From an uncultured Photobacterium sp. (GTDB lineage: Bacteria; Pseudomonadota; Gammaproteobacteria; Enterobacterales; Vibrionaceae): 64,000 bases of DNA. A model generated the notes under the pieces. The model was given only the letters and a program-made list of their open reading frames with translations, was not told the DNA's origin and made no database searches. Positions 10,623 through 19,229 of this stretch are shown piece by piece; position 1 is the first letter of the stretch, and every line of letters starts with the position of its first letter. The stretch is taken from NCBI GenBank assembly GCA_947039525.1, contig CAMQZF010000001.1, positions 185-64,184 of the forward strand, read 5' to 3'. The position numbers were made by a program, and so were the translations under genes.

Positions 10623-12305
10623 TTAATCTTCCGTTGGGATGACATGTACTGGTAACCCACGAGCAACATTGAGTTGTGCTGCTAAATTAGCTGCTAGTGG
10701 TGGTGTTTCCATATCCGATGTAATTACTTCAATGTATACACCTGTCTCGGCTTTCGATGCCATTTCAAGTGCCTGATCTAATTCTTCATTTGTTGTTACT
10801 TTTGCACAATACCAATCTTTAATACCAAACGCTGCAGGTAATTGCGTATAATTCCAATGACATACATCGTTGTATTCGATTTTTGGTTCTTCACATAAAA
10901 TTCGCTCAATCAGGTAACCATCATTATTTAATACAAAAATAATGGGTTTTTGGTTATAGCGTGCAAATTGGCCAATGGCTTGTACGGTTAACTGATGCGA
11001 ACCTTCACCTGTCATTAAAATGGTGCGCTGATCTGGTTTTGCCAGTGCTGCACCTAATGCTGCTGGTGTTGCCCAACCAATGCTGCCCCATAATGTTTGG
11101 TTTTGGAAACTGGCACCTTTAGGCAGTTTTGCCATGCCTAAGCCCATTGAAATTGTACCGGTTTCTGCAATGATTTGATCGTTCTCTTTAAAGAAGTTCT
11201 CCCAGCGAGGGTATAAAGACGCTGCTGTGATCATTTCTTTGGCATCATGTTTTGATTCGACTAGACCGATATAATGAGGGTATTGAGTGTCTGTGCATGC
11301 AACAATCAATTGAGATAGCTCTTTGATTATATTGTTTAGCGATAACTCATTATAGACTTGTCCATTGATTTCAATTCGGTTACCTAATATGGTGATGGTG
11401 TTTTCTGGCCATGTTGCGCTGTAAGCACCAGTATTGAAGTCTGTCATTAATGCGCCTAAATGAATGACACAGTCGCTTGATTCAATGTATTCACGCAAAG
11501 GGCGATTGATGACTTTACCATCGTATAAACCTAAGAAATTAGGGTGTGTTTCATCATAGAATGCTTTATCAGCAAACATAGTGGCAAAAGGTAGATTCCC
11601 TTGTTCAATAACAGTCAATGCACTTTCTTTTGCATTGTGAACACGTAGATGCTCACCAACGATTAATACGGGTTTGTTTGCTAGATTAATCTGTAGCGCG
11701 ATTTGATAAGCAACTTCTTTTTCCAGTTCTTCGGTTGATGGTGTTACCGTTAGATTCATAGACGGGATATGTCCTTGAATCTCCATTTTTGCGACATCTT
11801 CAGGTACACCTATATAAACAGGACGTTTTTCGATAACTGCAATTTCAAAGATACGTTGAATTTCAGAAACAGCATTGTCTAAGCTTAAAACTGTGCTTGT
11901 TGCCGTTACTGCGTCGGCCATGTTTGCGAAGGTATCAAATTGACCATCACCCAATGTATGGTGAATTAATTTACCTGAAGCCATTGTTGCTTCGCTTGGC
12001 ATTCCCACCATAAAGATAACGGGTAGATTAGCAGCATAAGATCCAGCGACACCGCAAAGCGCACTTAATTCACCAGGACCGTAAGTGGTATTTAATGCAG
12101 CAATACCATGAGATCTTGCATAGCCATCGGCAGCATAAGAGGCATTTAACTCATTTGAACAGCCAATCCAAGCCAAATCTGCATCGTGACAAATAGCATC
12201 ATTGATCGGAAAAGCAAAATCGCCAGGAACACCAAAAACATGATTAATATTAACTTCTTTCAGTGCCTGCATGAGGTATTCAACAACAGTAAGTGATTGC
12301 GACAT
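10623..12305 (-). CDS. ThDP-dependent alpha-keto acid decarboxylase (pyruvate/indole-3-pyruvate decarboxylase family)
   Basis: FGVPGDF, NELNASYAADGYAR, HHTLGDG, LWGSIGW, GEGS..NNDGY motifs. Confidence 0.9.
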   Translation of the reverse strand: MSQSLTVVEYLMQALKEVNINHVFGVPGDFAFPINDAICHDADLAWIGCSNELNASYAADGYARSHGIAALNTTYGPGELSALCGVAGSYAANLPVIFMVGMPSEATMASGKLIHHTLGDGQFDTFANMADAVTATSTVLSLDNAVSEIQRIFEIAVIEKRPVYIGVPEDVAKMEIQGHIPSMNLTVTPSTEELEKEVAYQIALQINLANKPVLIVGEHLRVHNAKESALTVIEQGNLPFATMFADKAFYDETHPNFLGLYDGKVINRPLREYIESSDCVIHLGALMTDFNTGAYSATWPENTITILGNRIEINGQVYNELSLNNIIKELSQLIVACTDTQYPHYIGLVESKHDAKEMITAASLYPRWENFFKENDQIIAETGTISMGLGMAKLPKGASFQNQTLWGSIGWATPAALGAALAKPDQRTILMTGEGSHQLTVQAIGQFARYNQKPIIFVLNNDGYLIERILCEEPKIEYNDVCHWNYTQLPAAFGIKDWYCAKVTTNEELDQALEMASKAETGVYIEVITSDMETPPLAANLAAQLNVARGLPVHVIPTED

Positions 12306-12425
12306 AATCATAGCCTCTTTTCTTTATCTTAATTATATTCAATTTTATTAAAGAGGCATTGTGTGCTGCTCTTTAAGGACTGATATTGATAATAATCTCT
12401 TAAAAAAAAAGAGACATAGGCTAAC

Positions 12426-12444
12426 CTAGAAAAGACTTTTCTAG
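12426..12444. promoter_or_regulatory. palindromic operator candidate upstream of the decarboxylase
   Basis: perfect CTAGAAAAG-A-CTTTTCTAG. Confidence 0.45.
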
Positions 12445-12540
12445 TTTTTGGGATAATCTAAAATAGAAAGGAGTCTACGACTTATGTTGATTCATCATTG
12501 ATCTGTTTTTTTAGTGATAAGTACAAAAGAAAAATCTTGT

Positions 12541-13449
12541 TTATTTATTACCAAGATAGGTAAGTAAATAATGAATCAGAGTTTGTGTTTTTTTATCTTT
12601 AATTTTGTCTTTTGTATAGATTATCGCCATTTGATTTTTAATCTGAAAGGGAGAAATAATTGAGGTTTCAAATAGGCGTATTAACTGATTTTTTTGAATG
12701 TGCTCATCAATCATATGATGAGGTAATGCCGTAATCCCCCCATGATGCAATGCAGCTGCTAAAAGTGCTGGAGAACTGTTGGTTGATAACCAAGCATGAG
12801 ACAGATCAAGACGAGTGGTTTCTTGCGTTGATAGATCAAAAAAGTACAGACAATTTATGATGTGTCGAAAAGATTGAACTAACCATTGATGGTGTTTTAA
12901 ATCATTAAGATTGGCCGTCACCGGATGGTGTGTTAAATATTCAGGGCTGGCACAAAGCCAATAATCGACTGATTGTAATGGGCGAGAAATTAATGATGAA
13001 TCGGTCTTTGTTGATGGGCGAATGTATAAATCAAATTCGGCTCCGTAAGGGTCATGGTCTTCATCACCGTAGTTTAAATAAACGGTAATATCTGGATATT
13101 GGCGATGAAATTCTGGTAGAAGTGGTGCTAAATAATTCGTGCCGTACCATAAAGGTGCACTGATTTTAATGTGACCAATAATTCTCTGGTTGTCAGAGGC
13201 TACGTCATCCATTAAGTCATCAATTTGATGGCAAATTTCCAAACCTTTTTGGAATACTTGTGTTCCGATCGGTGTTAAAGCTAAACGACGTGTATGTCGA
13301 ATCAGTAAAGGTGCATTAAATTCTTTTTCCAGTATTTGAACATGTCTCGAAATAGACGATACAGACATGTTTAATTGTTCTGCTGCTGATGAAAAGCTAC
13401 CTTGTTGTACCGTGGCAATAAAGCAGCGTAAGGACTCTATTGATTTCAT
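12541..13449 (-). CDS. LysR family transcriptional regulator (CrgA-like)
   Basis: GSFSSAAEQLNMSVSSISRHVQILE HTH, LLIRHTRRLALT, CASPEYL. Confidence 0.93.
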   Translation of the reverse strand: MKSIESLRCFIATVQQGSFSSAAEQLNMSVSSISRHVQILEKEFNAPLLIRHTRRLALTPIGTQVFQKGLEICHQIDDLMDDVASDNQRIIGHIKISAPLWYGTNYLAPLLPEFHRQYPDITVYLNYGDEDHDPYGAEFDLYIRPSTKTDSSLISRPLQSVDYWLCASPEYLTHHPVTANLNDLKHHQWLVQSFRHIINCLYFFDLSTQETTRLDLSHAWLSTNSSPALLAAALHHGGITALPHHMIDEHIQKNQLIRLFETSIISPFQIKNQMAIIYTKDKIKDKKTQTLIHYLLTYLGNK

Positions 13450-13621
13450 TGTTATTTTTATGTCCAGAATACGAGAGACCAGACCTTAATCAATAATGCT
13501 TGATACTGCAAATTTGTTATATACCGACTTTATATAAAGTTGAGAATATTCGTATTATTATGATTTTTTTTAATAAAAATACGAATAAATTGAGTGATGG
13601 TAAGTTTTTTGTATCAATGGG

Positions 13622-13852
13622 TTATCTGATGTAAATGTCAGTACGGCATAGGCCATGAGCGTGATCGTTAACTTCCGCATCTAAAATAGCGGCAATAGGT
13701 GCACTAATTTGAAGATTATGGACGGCATCTATCACTGCTTTTTTTGATGGGTACGATGTACTGGTTAATAGGATATGGCCAGTAAAATCTTTAAGTAAAA
13801 AATAATAATGACCTTGTTGAGTATTGGATGATTTAACCTCAAAATAATCCAT
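13622..13852 (-). CDS. YegP/DUF1508-like small protein
   Basis: FEVK...YYFLLK..GHILLTSTSYPSK pattern resembles DUF1508. Confidence 0.65.
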   Translation of the reverse strand: MDYFEVKSSNTQQGHYYFLLKDFTGHILLTSTSYPSKKAVIDAVHNLQISAPIAAILDAEVNDHAHGLCRTDIYIR

Positions 13853-14124
13853 CTGTATGTACGCCTTGGTTATAAGAATAAAACAGATCGTCCTTGATGA
13901 TGTTTAGCTTATCCTTCGCCGAACAAAATCATCTTACTTACTCTACGCATGTTCAATATTTCTCTTTTTTTATTTTTACTATTTTAGATTTATATCACTG
14001 TATTTATCGATGCTCTAAGATCAGAACATAATGAAATAGTATGTGTATGCAATAGAAAACGAATTTTGATTTTTTCTGTCATAAGAGATACTTATTTCTA
14101 TGCAGTCATTGATGGGAATGTGTT

Positions 14125-14376
14125 TCAGTCTTTTGGCATGACTTGGATCCAAAAGGAAGTACTGTGCTTTCGTGATGAGAACAGCACTCGATAATTTTCA
14201 GCAGTAAAAATATCGAAAAGTCGCTGTTGAATCGGATTGATTTCTTGTTGGCTCATATTGATGGCATGCATACAGCCTTCGAAATGATGCTGAAGTTCGA
14301 GTTCATTACGAATTTCTTCGGCAAATTGCTTAGTATAGCGTTCTATTTTATGCTCTTGAGTGCGTTCGATTGTCAT
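14125..14376 (-). CDS. hypothetical protein
   Basis: 83 aa ORF with AAGGA RBS; no recognised motif. Confidence 0.55.
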   Translation of the reverse strand: MTIERTQEHKIERYTKQFAEEIRNELELQHHFEGCMHAINMSQQEINPIQQRLFDIFTAENYRVLFSSRKHSTSFWIQVMPKD

Positions 14377-14545
14377 TATCATTCCTTGATGGTGTTATTT
14401 TTGTCGTTAATATACAGCATAGGTTATGTTAAAAATGAGAGCATGATTGCAATTACAATCTGAGTTAATACTTTTTAATCATAATATTACACTTTGTTTT
14501 TTACATAAATTATATGCATTTATTCACATTGTTTATTGAGCCAGT

Positions 14546-14776
14546 ATGAAAAAGATAACGTTATATACAAAAAAGAATTGTTCGGTATGTTTAACTGCCA
14601 AGCATTATTTTGAACAGCAGGGTTGGGCTTTTCGTTTGTGTGATATTGCGAATCCAAGATTTAGCAAAGAGTTTGCTAGTTTAAAGGGGCGAAGTGTTCC
14701 TTTGATCAAAGTGGGTGACCAGATTATTAGAGGCTTTTCAATTAAATCGATACAAGATGCATTACAACGTGAATAA
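14546..14776 (+). CDS. glutaredoxin/NrdH-like redoxin
   Basis: TLYTKKNCSVC CxxC; SVPLIKVGD...GF. Confidence 0.85.
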   Translation: MKKITLYTKKNCSVCLTAKHYFEQQGWAFRLCDIANPRFSKEFASLKGRSVPLIKVGDQIIRGFSIKSIQDALQRE

Positions 14777-14958
14777 TAAAATTTATTTTATTTCTAGCGA
14801 ATAGGATTCGATATAAAGACAGTTTTTGTTATAATATACAATGAAATGATAACTAAGATATTTAGTATTTGATTTTTAAATATAAAAATAGAGGTTACTT
14901 CATTTTACTAATATAAACGTAAATAGATTAATTATTTTTCAGGTGAATCGTAGTTACC

Positions 14959-15048
14959 ATGACCAAAAAACGCACTTCCAATAAGAAAATTCGTAAAGTG
15001 TTGAATGATATAAAAATGTTATTAAATAGTAAGAAATTATTTCTTTGA
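14959..15048 (+). CDS. candidate 29-aa cationic peptide (not in ORF track)
   Basis: MTKKRTSNKKIRKVLNDIKMLLNSKKLFL; AGGTGA 12 nt upstream; hairpin downstream. Confidence 0.35.
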   Translation: MTKKRTSNKKIRKVLNDIKMLLNSKKLFL

Positions 15049-15090
15049 TCCATTTGCAGCATCCATTTTTTAGTTAAATGAATACCGCTT

Positions 15091-15123
15091 TTTTGCTTAT
15101 GCCTATTTAGAGCATAAGCAAAA
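15091..15123. terminator. terminator-like hairpin
   Basis: 12-bp perfect IR TTTTGCTTATGC / GCATAAGCAAAA. Confidence 0.65.
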
Positions 15124-15267
15124 TATTCATATCCCGCATAATTATTCTTATATTCTTCTCTTTAATTCATTCAATATTTTCATTGAATTTAAACCATTAT
15201 CGCCACGCATGATTTTTTTATATCGCACGACATTTTTTATTTAAATATCGTACGATATATTGTTGTT

Positions 15268-16005
15268 TTACTGATTGACTGGCTGCCAATTGACCATTTT
15301 CACTGAGCCGATGTTTTCTAAGGGTAAATAAGATAATTGTTTCATTTGTTGTCGAATCCAAGCGGAGCGAGCGACAATAAAAGGAGACAATGGCTTAACC
15401 GTATACAGCGTTGGGTTTGGTAAACTGGCGGCCAATAATGAAGCCTGATATTTATTTAATTTTGATGCGGGCTCATGGAATAAATGCATGGCAGCATCTT
15501 GTACACCGTAAATATGAGAACCTAATTGAACAATATTAAGGTAAACTTCTAATACGCGTTGTTTTGACCACAAGGTATCAATGAGCAACGTAAACCAAGC
15601 GCCGATGGCTTTACGCATATAGGTACGTGTTGGCCATAAAAATAAATTTTTGGATGTTTGTTGTGTGATGGTACTGGCGCCATAAATGTCATCACTGTGC
15701 TCATTATGCTCGTATGCTGCAATAATGGAGTTAACATCAAATCCATGATTGGTTGAAAAGGTTTGATCTTCTCCTGCAATGACGGCCAATTGCATTGGGG
15801 GAGCAATTTCATCAAGACTGATCCAATGATGATTTGGCCAATTCATGCCTTCTTGCTCTATCTTCCACGCCCAAATTGGGGGATTGATATATTTTAATAA
15901 CGCAACCAATAGAACAGATACAACAATCCATCCAACGATGATCCAACCTATCAAACGTAATAGTTTGCGAAACCAAGACCGAGGGTTTTTAGTACGATGT
16001 TGCAT
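15268..16005 (-). CDS. mtgA: monofunctional peptidoglycan glycosyltransferase (GT51), atypical motifs
   Basis: N-terminal TM, EDQTF..HGFD, GASTITQQTSKN, KQRVLEVYLN, LAASLPNP. Confidence 0.85.
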   Translation of the reverse strand: MQHRTKNPRSWFRKLLRLIGWIIVGWIVVSVLLVALLKYINPPIWAWKIEQEGMNWPNHHWISLDEIAPPMQLAVIAGEDQTFSTNHGFDVNSIIAAYEHNEHSDDIYGASTITQQTSKNLFLWPTRTYMRKAIGAWFTLLIDTLWSKQRVLEVYLNIVQLGSHIYGVQDAAMHLFHEPASKLNKYQASLLAASLPNPTLYTVKPLSPFIVARSAWIRQQMKQLSYLPLENIGSVKMVNWQPVNQ

Positions 16006-16181
16006 GTTCGAGAGGCTCTCCTTTAAAGGGATACGTCTATTTTTTGTGAACTATATCACTATCTTTAGGCAAAGGTCGAAAATTGGCATTTTTCATGATC
16101 AAAATCAGGTAACAAAGAAGACTGAATTTTTTGTTTTAGTGTGATTTCTAGTATCAGAATACGCGATTCAAGATTAACGGA

Positions 16182-16949
16182 TTATTTAATTTGACCATAA
16201 GCATCGAAGCTGCGGTGTTTAACAATTAATAATGTGGTGATAACGGATAAAAAGCCGGAAATAAAAATAGCAACCATGATCACCAGTTGATATTTCACTG
16301 CAATGATAGGGGCTGTCCCCCCTAGAATTTGGCCAGTCATCATGCCAGGTAAACTGACAATACCTAATGTTGTCATGGATGCTAATTGTGGGGCTAGTGC
16401 CGTTTTTAGAGCGCGATTTAAAAAAGGTTGTGCAGGTTTTGGTGCGCCGAGCGTTAGGTAGAATTGGTATTCGTGGTGTTGTTCGTTGACCGATTGATTC
16501 CATTGAGTAAGAGCCAATATATTGGCGGTCAAACTGTTACCTAATAACATACCGGCGATGGGAATCATATATTGAGCTTGCCACCATGGTTGTGCGTGTA
16601 TGACGCCAGCTAATACGATGGGTAATGCGGTTATTAATGCTATTACTTGTCCAGTGATAACGGCAGGCAGTACGCGTTTCACATTGACGTCAGATCGCTT
16701 ACATACCGTATAACTGGCAACCAGTGCCATAACTCCGAGCCAAAGTGCATTAATATTGGGGTTTTGCCAACTGAATAGGGTATTGAGATACAAACCCACA
16801 ATCGATAATTGTATGGTCATTCGTAATACGGCGGAAATCAGCGTTTTACTGAGTCCTAACTGCCAGCGTTGAAATAAGATAAGTGGAATTATTAATAATA
16901 AATAGAATCCACTAATAGCAAAAACATTGAGATCTTGTACCTGATTCAT
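16182..16949 (-). CDS. ABC transporter permease, FetB/YbbM (UPF0014) family
   Basis: RMTIQL, IPIAGMLLGN, GIVSLPGMMTGQILGG, AVKYQ; ATGA overlap with upstream ATPase. Confidence 0.88.
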   Translation of the reverse strand: MNQVQDLNVFAISGFYLLLIIPLILFQRWQLGLSKTLISAVLRMTIQLSIVGLYLNTLFSWQNPNINALWLGVMALVASYTVCKRSDVNVKRVLPAVITGQVIALITALPIVLAGVIHAQPWWQAQYMIPIAGMLLGNSLTANILALTQWNQSVNEQHHEYQFYLTLGAPKPAQPFLNRALKTALAPQLASMTTLGIVSLPGMMTGQILGGTAPIIAVKYQLVIMVAIFISGFLSVITTLLIVKHRSFDAYGQIK

Positions 16950-17608
16950 GAGTGCGGCACCATCGTATGAATCCAATTGACTCTTTCTAACCAAACGGGA
17001 TCGTGAGAAATGGAAACACTTGCGATATTGAGTTGATTAATAAGATCAATCACAGTGTCTCTGGCATTGGGATCCAGAGCAGATGTAGGCTCATCCAATA
17101 GCCAAATAGGGCGCTTCATTAATAAAGCGCGAGCAATAGCAACGCGTTGTTTTTCTCCTCCAGATAATTGCAAAATGCTTTTATTTAAGTCGATATGAAG
17201 CCCTAAACTTACTAATGCTTCACTGCATTGGGAGTCTGTTGGCTTAGGTGTATGGGCTGGTATTGCATTCATGTGCCAGGGTAACAATAATGTGGATTTT
17301 ACGCTCTCTCCTCCCATGATTGCGTTTTGAGGAAGAAAACAGAGTTGTTGTCGCCACTCAGGTAAATGTTTTATGGTAATTGGTGTATTGTTCCAATAAA
17401 TTTCCCCATTCGTTGAAGGCCTCAATCCTGCAATAACGTGCAATAAACTGCTTTTTCCACACCCTGAGTGTCCAGATAGGACAACATGTTGTCCACAAGC
17501 TAGGGTGCCTGAAAGTCCGATTTGGCTTGTTTGCTCAAATCCTGATTTTAGATGGTCAAATTTCAATTGGTGTTGGATCGTGTTTTTAAATGTTGTTAAT
17601 GAGCTCAT
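16946..17608 (-). CDS. ABC transporter ATP-binding protein (FetA-like)
   Basis: GHSGCGKS Walker A, LSGGEKQR, LLDEPTSALD, SHD. Confidence 0.9.
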   Translation of the reverse strand: MSSLTTFKNTIQHQLKFDHLKSGFEQTSQIGLSGTLACGQHVVLSGHSGCGKSSLLHVIAGLRPSTNGEIYWNNTPITIKHLPEWRQQLCFLPQNAIMGGESVKSTLLLPWHMNAIPAHTPKPTDSQCSEALVSLGLHIDLNKSILQLSGGEKQRVAIARALLMKRPIWLLDEPTSALDPNARDTVIDLINQLNIASVSISHDPVWLERVNWIHTMVPHS

Positions 17609-17761
17609 TATGGTGTTTTTCAGAGGGGAAATAGCAAAATTAAGGGGGTTACATGTGAATCACAAGCTATTTAAATTAAATTTGATGAGAGTGTTATCCT
17701 TTTTGTGTCGCATGTTATGCCCTAGATATTTGTGTTTTCTGGTTATTGAATGAGGTTTGTT

Positions 17762-18412
17762 GTGCAATCGAAATTATTACCCCCTGCAGAAAGTTATGAT
17801 CAAGTTTATCGTTATGGATTGTGGCATTTAAGTCGGTGTGAGCATTCTTTACTGGATATTAAAACGAAATTACATCGAAAAACGACAAATAATACGTGGA
17901 TTGACCAAGCCATTTCCCGTTATCAAGAGTTAGCTTATATCGATGATACGCGCTTTTGTGGCATGTATATTCGCAGTCATTCTCGGTTACATAGCCAGCG
18001 TCAAATTCGTTCCAAGCTTCAACAGAAGGGCATTTCAGCAGAAATAATTGAACAGTCTTGGCAGGACGAAGTGTCTAATGATGATTTACAAGAACTGGCT
18101 GAACGTTTAATTGCAAAGCATGAGAAAAAATCCGGTTTAAATAAGTTAAGACAGGTCTTACAACAGGCTCAAATACCCAGCTTTTTGATTGATGAATTAT
18201 TGAATGAACTGTGTGAGAGCGCTGAGCCTCAAAAGGTCAAAGCATTAACTTTATTAAATCAAAAGTTTAAAACGGCTTGTGCTGCAAATGATCGTAAATT
18301 ACGCGATAAACAAACTCGATTTTTATTAAGCAAAGGATTTGATTTTTCAGTGATTCGAGTTTGTTTGGATCATCATTTGATGAATCCTGAAGAGATTGAT
18401 GATATTGAATAA
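17762..18412 (+). CDS. RecX family protein
   Basis: LSRCEHS..IKTKL, YIDDTRF, IRSKLQQKGI, RFLLSKGF; GAGG RBS before GTG 17762. Confidence 0.78.
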   Translation: MQSKLLPPAESYDQVYRYGLWHLSRCEHSLLDIKTKLHRKTTNNTWIDQAISRYQELAYIDDTRFCGMYIRSHSRLHSQRQIRSKLQQKGISAEIIEQSWQDEVSNDDLQELAERLIAKHEKKSGLNKLRQVLQQAQIPSFLIDELLNELCESAEPQKVKALTLLNQKFKTACAANDRKLRDKQTRFLLSKGFDFSVIRVCLDHHLMNPEEIDDIE

Positions 18413-18527
18413 TGCATTGATGGGTTTTGTGTGATTGAGCCTTTTGCTAAGTATGATTTAGGGATTGGTTGTTAATCACAGTGCTTATTGAACTTAATAT
18501 AAAAATATTCAGTGAGAATAACCGAGA

Positions 18528-18584
18528 TAGGTTTGTAGAAAGAGTTGCTTATTGTGTGTTCGTTTTGCTATTTCTACAAACCTA
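18528..18584. repeat. 14-bp perfect inverted repeat (hairpin, 29-nt loop)
   Basis: TAGGTTTGTAGAAA / TTTCTACAAACCTA. Confidence 0.8.
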
Positions 18585-18607
18585 CTGAATGATAGGGTTT
18601 TTCACAT

Positions 18608-18784
18608 TTATTCGCACTCACTGCAGCAGGATAGGAGTGCTTTTACGATTAATAAATCCTGATTAATGCTTTTTAAAGCTTCAATAGGATCATGCAAACT
18701 GTCTTTTGTTAAGATGTCATTAATGATGTCTAAACTTGAAAGCAAGTTAATATTCTGAATACTATTTAAGCTATCTTCTTTCAT
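18608..18784 (-). CDS. candidate 58-aa small protein (not in ORF track)
   Basis: MKEDSLNSIQNINLLSSLDIINDILTKDSLHDPIEALKSINQDLLIVKALLSCCSECE; AAGGAA RBS 6 nt upstream. Confidence 0.55.
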   Translation of the reverse strand: MKEDSLNSIQNINLLSSLDIINDILTKDSLHDPIEALKSINQDLLIVKALLSCCSECE

Positions 18785-18863
18785 ACATAATTCCTTTTTC
18801 GTATTTATTTTGTATTGATATTATTGTTTTTAGTAACAAAAGTTAACTGTTTGCGTTCGTGAT

Positions 18864-18879
18864 TGTGATATTTGTCACG
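18864..18879. promoter_or_regulatory. CRP-like site
   Basis: TGTGA-TATTTG-TCACG (9/10 match to TGTGA-N6-TCACA). Confidence 0.55.
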
Positions 18880-18983
18880 AATGTTTCCAATTCGTGATGT
18901 TTTGCCATTTTAGGCAGACATTTGCATTTTTTGAGAGGGAAGAATAGGATCGCTTCATTCTGATTGATGGTTGTGATGATAAA

Positions 18984-19079
18984 ATGAGCGAAAAAGTCCG
19001 ATTATTTGTGGTTTATCCATTGGTATTATTATTTACCGCGGTTTTCTTTACTTACGTTGTTTTGATTTGTTCTTCTTAA
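18984..19079 (+). CDS. candidate 31-aa single-TM peptide (not in ORF track)
   Basis: MSEKVRLFVVYPLVLLFTAVFFTYVVLICSS; charged N-terminus then an uninterrupted hydrophobic stretch. Confidence 0.4.
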   Translation: MSEKVRLFVVYPLVLLFTAVFFTYVVLICSS

Positions 19080-19092
19080 TCTTATTTTAGCG

Positions 19093-19127
19093 TCTGATAC
19101 TGCGGATGTTCATCCGCAGTGTCCAGA
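19093..19127. repeat. GC-rich hairpin
   Basis: ACTGCGGATG-TT-CATCCGCAGT (19099-19120), extendable with G-U pairs to TCTG/CAGA. Confidence 0.75.
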
Positions 19128-19229
19128 TGTGTCTCGTTTTTTAGTATCTATTCTATATTACCTTCGTAGTACACCTCATGTAGTAGACTCAATAAGATTA
19201 AAAGTGATCGTCAGATTGAGTGAGGTGGC

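Noticed and set aside
14227-14463. 78-aa plus-strand ORF
   Set aside because: Antisense to the RBS-supported 14125-14376 ORF, with a TTG start and no RBS.
18528-18590. TTTCTAC/GTAGAAA motif reminiscent of a Cas12a repeat stem
   Set aside because: Single inverted pair with no direct repeats, spacers or cas genes; treated as a hairpin.
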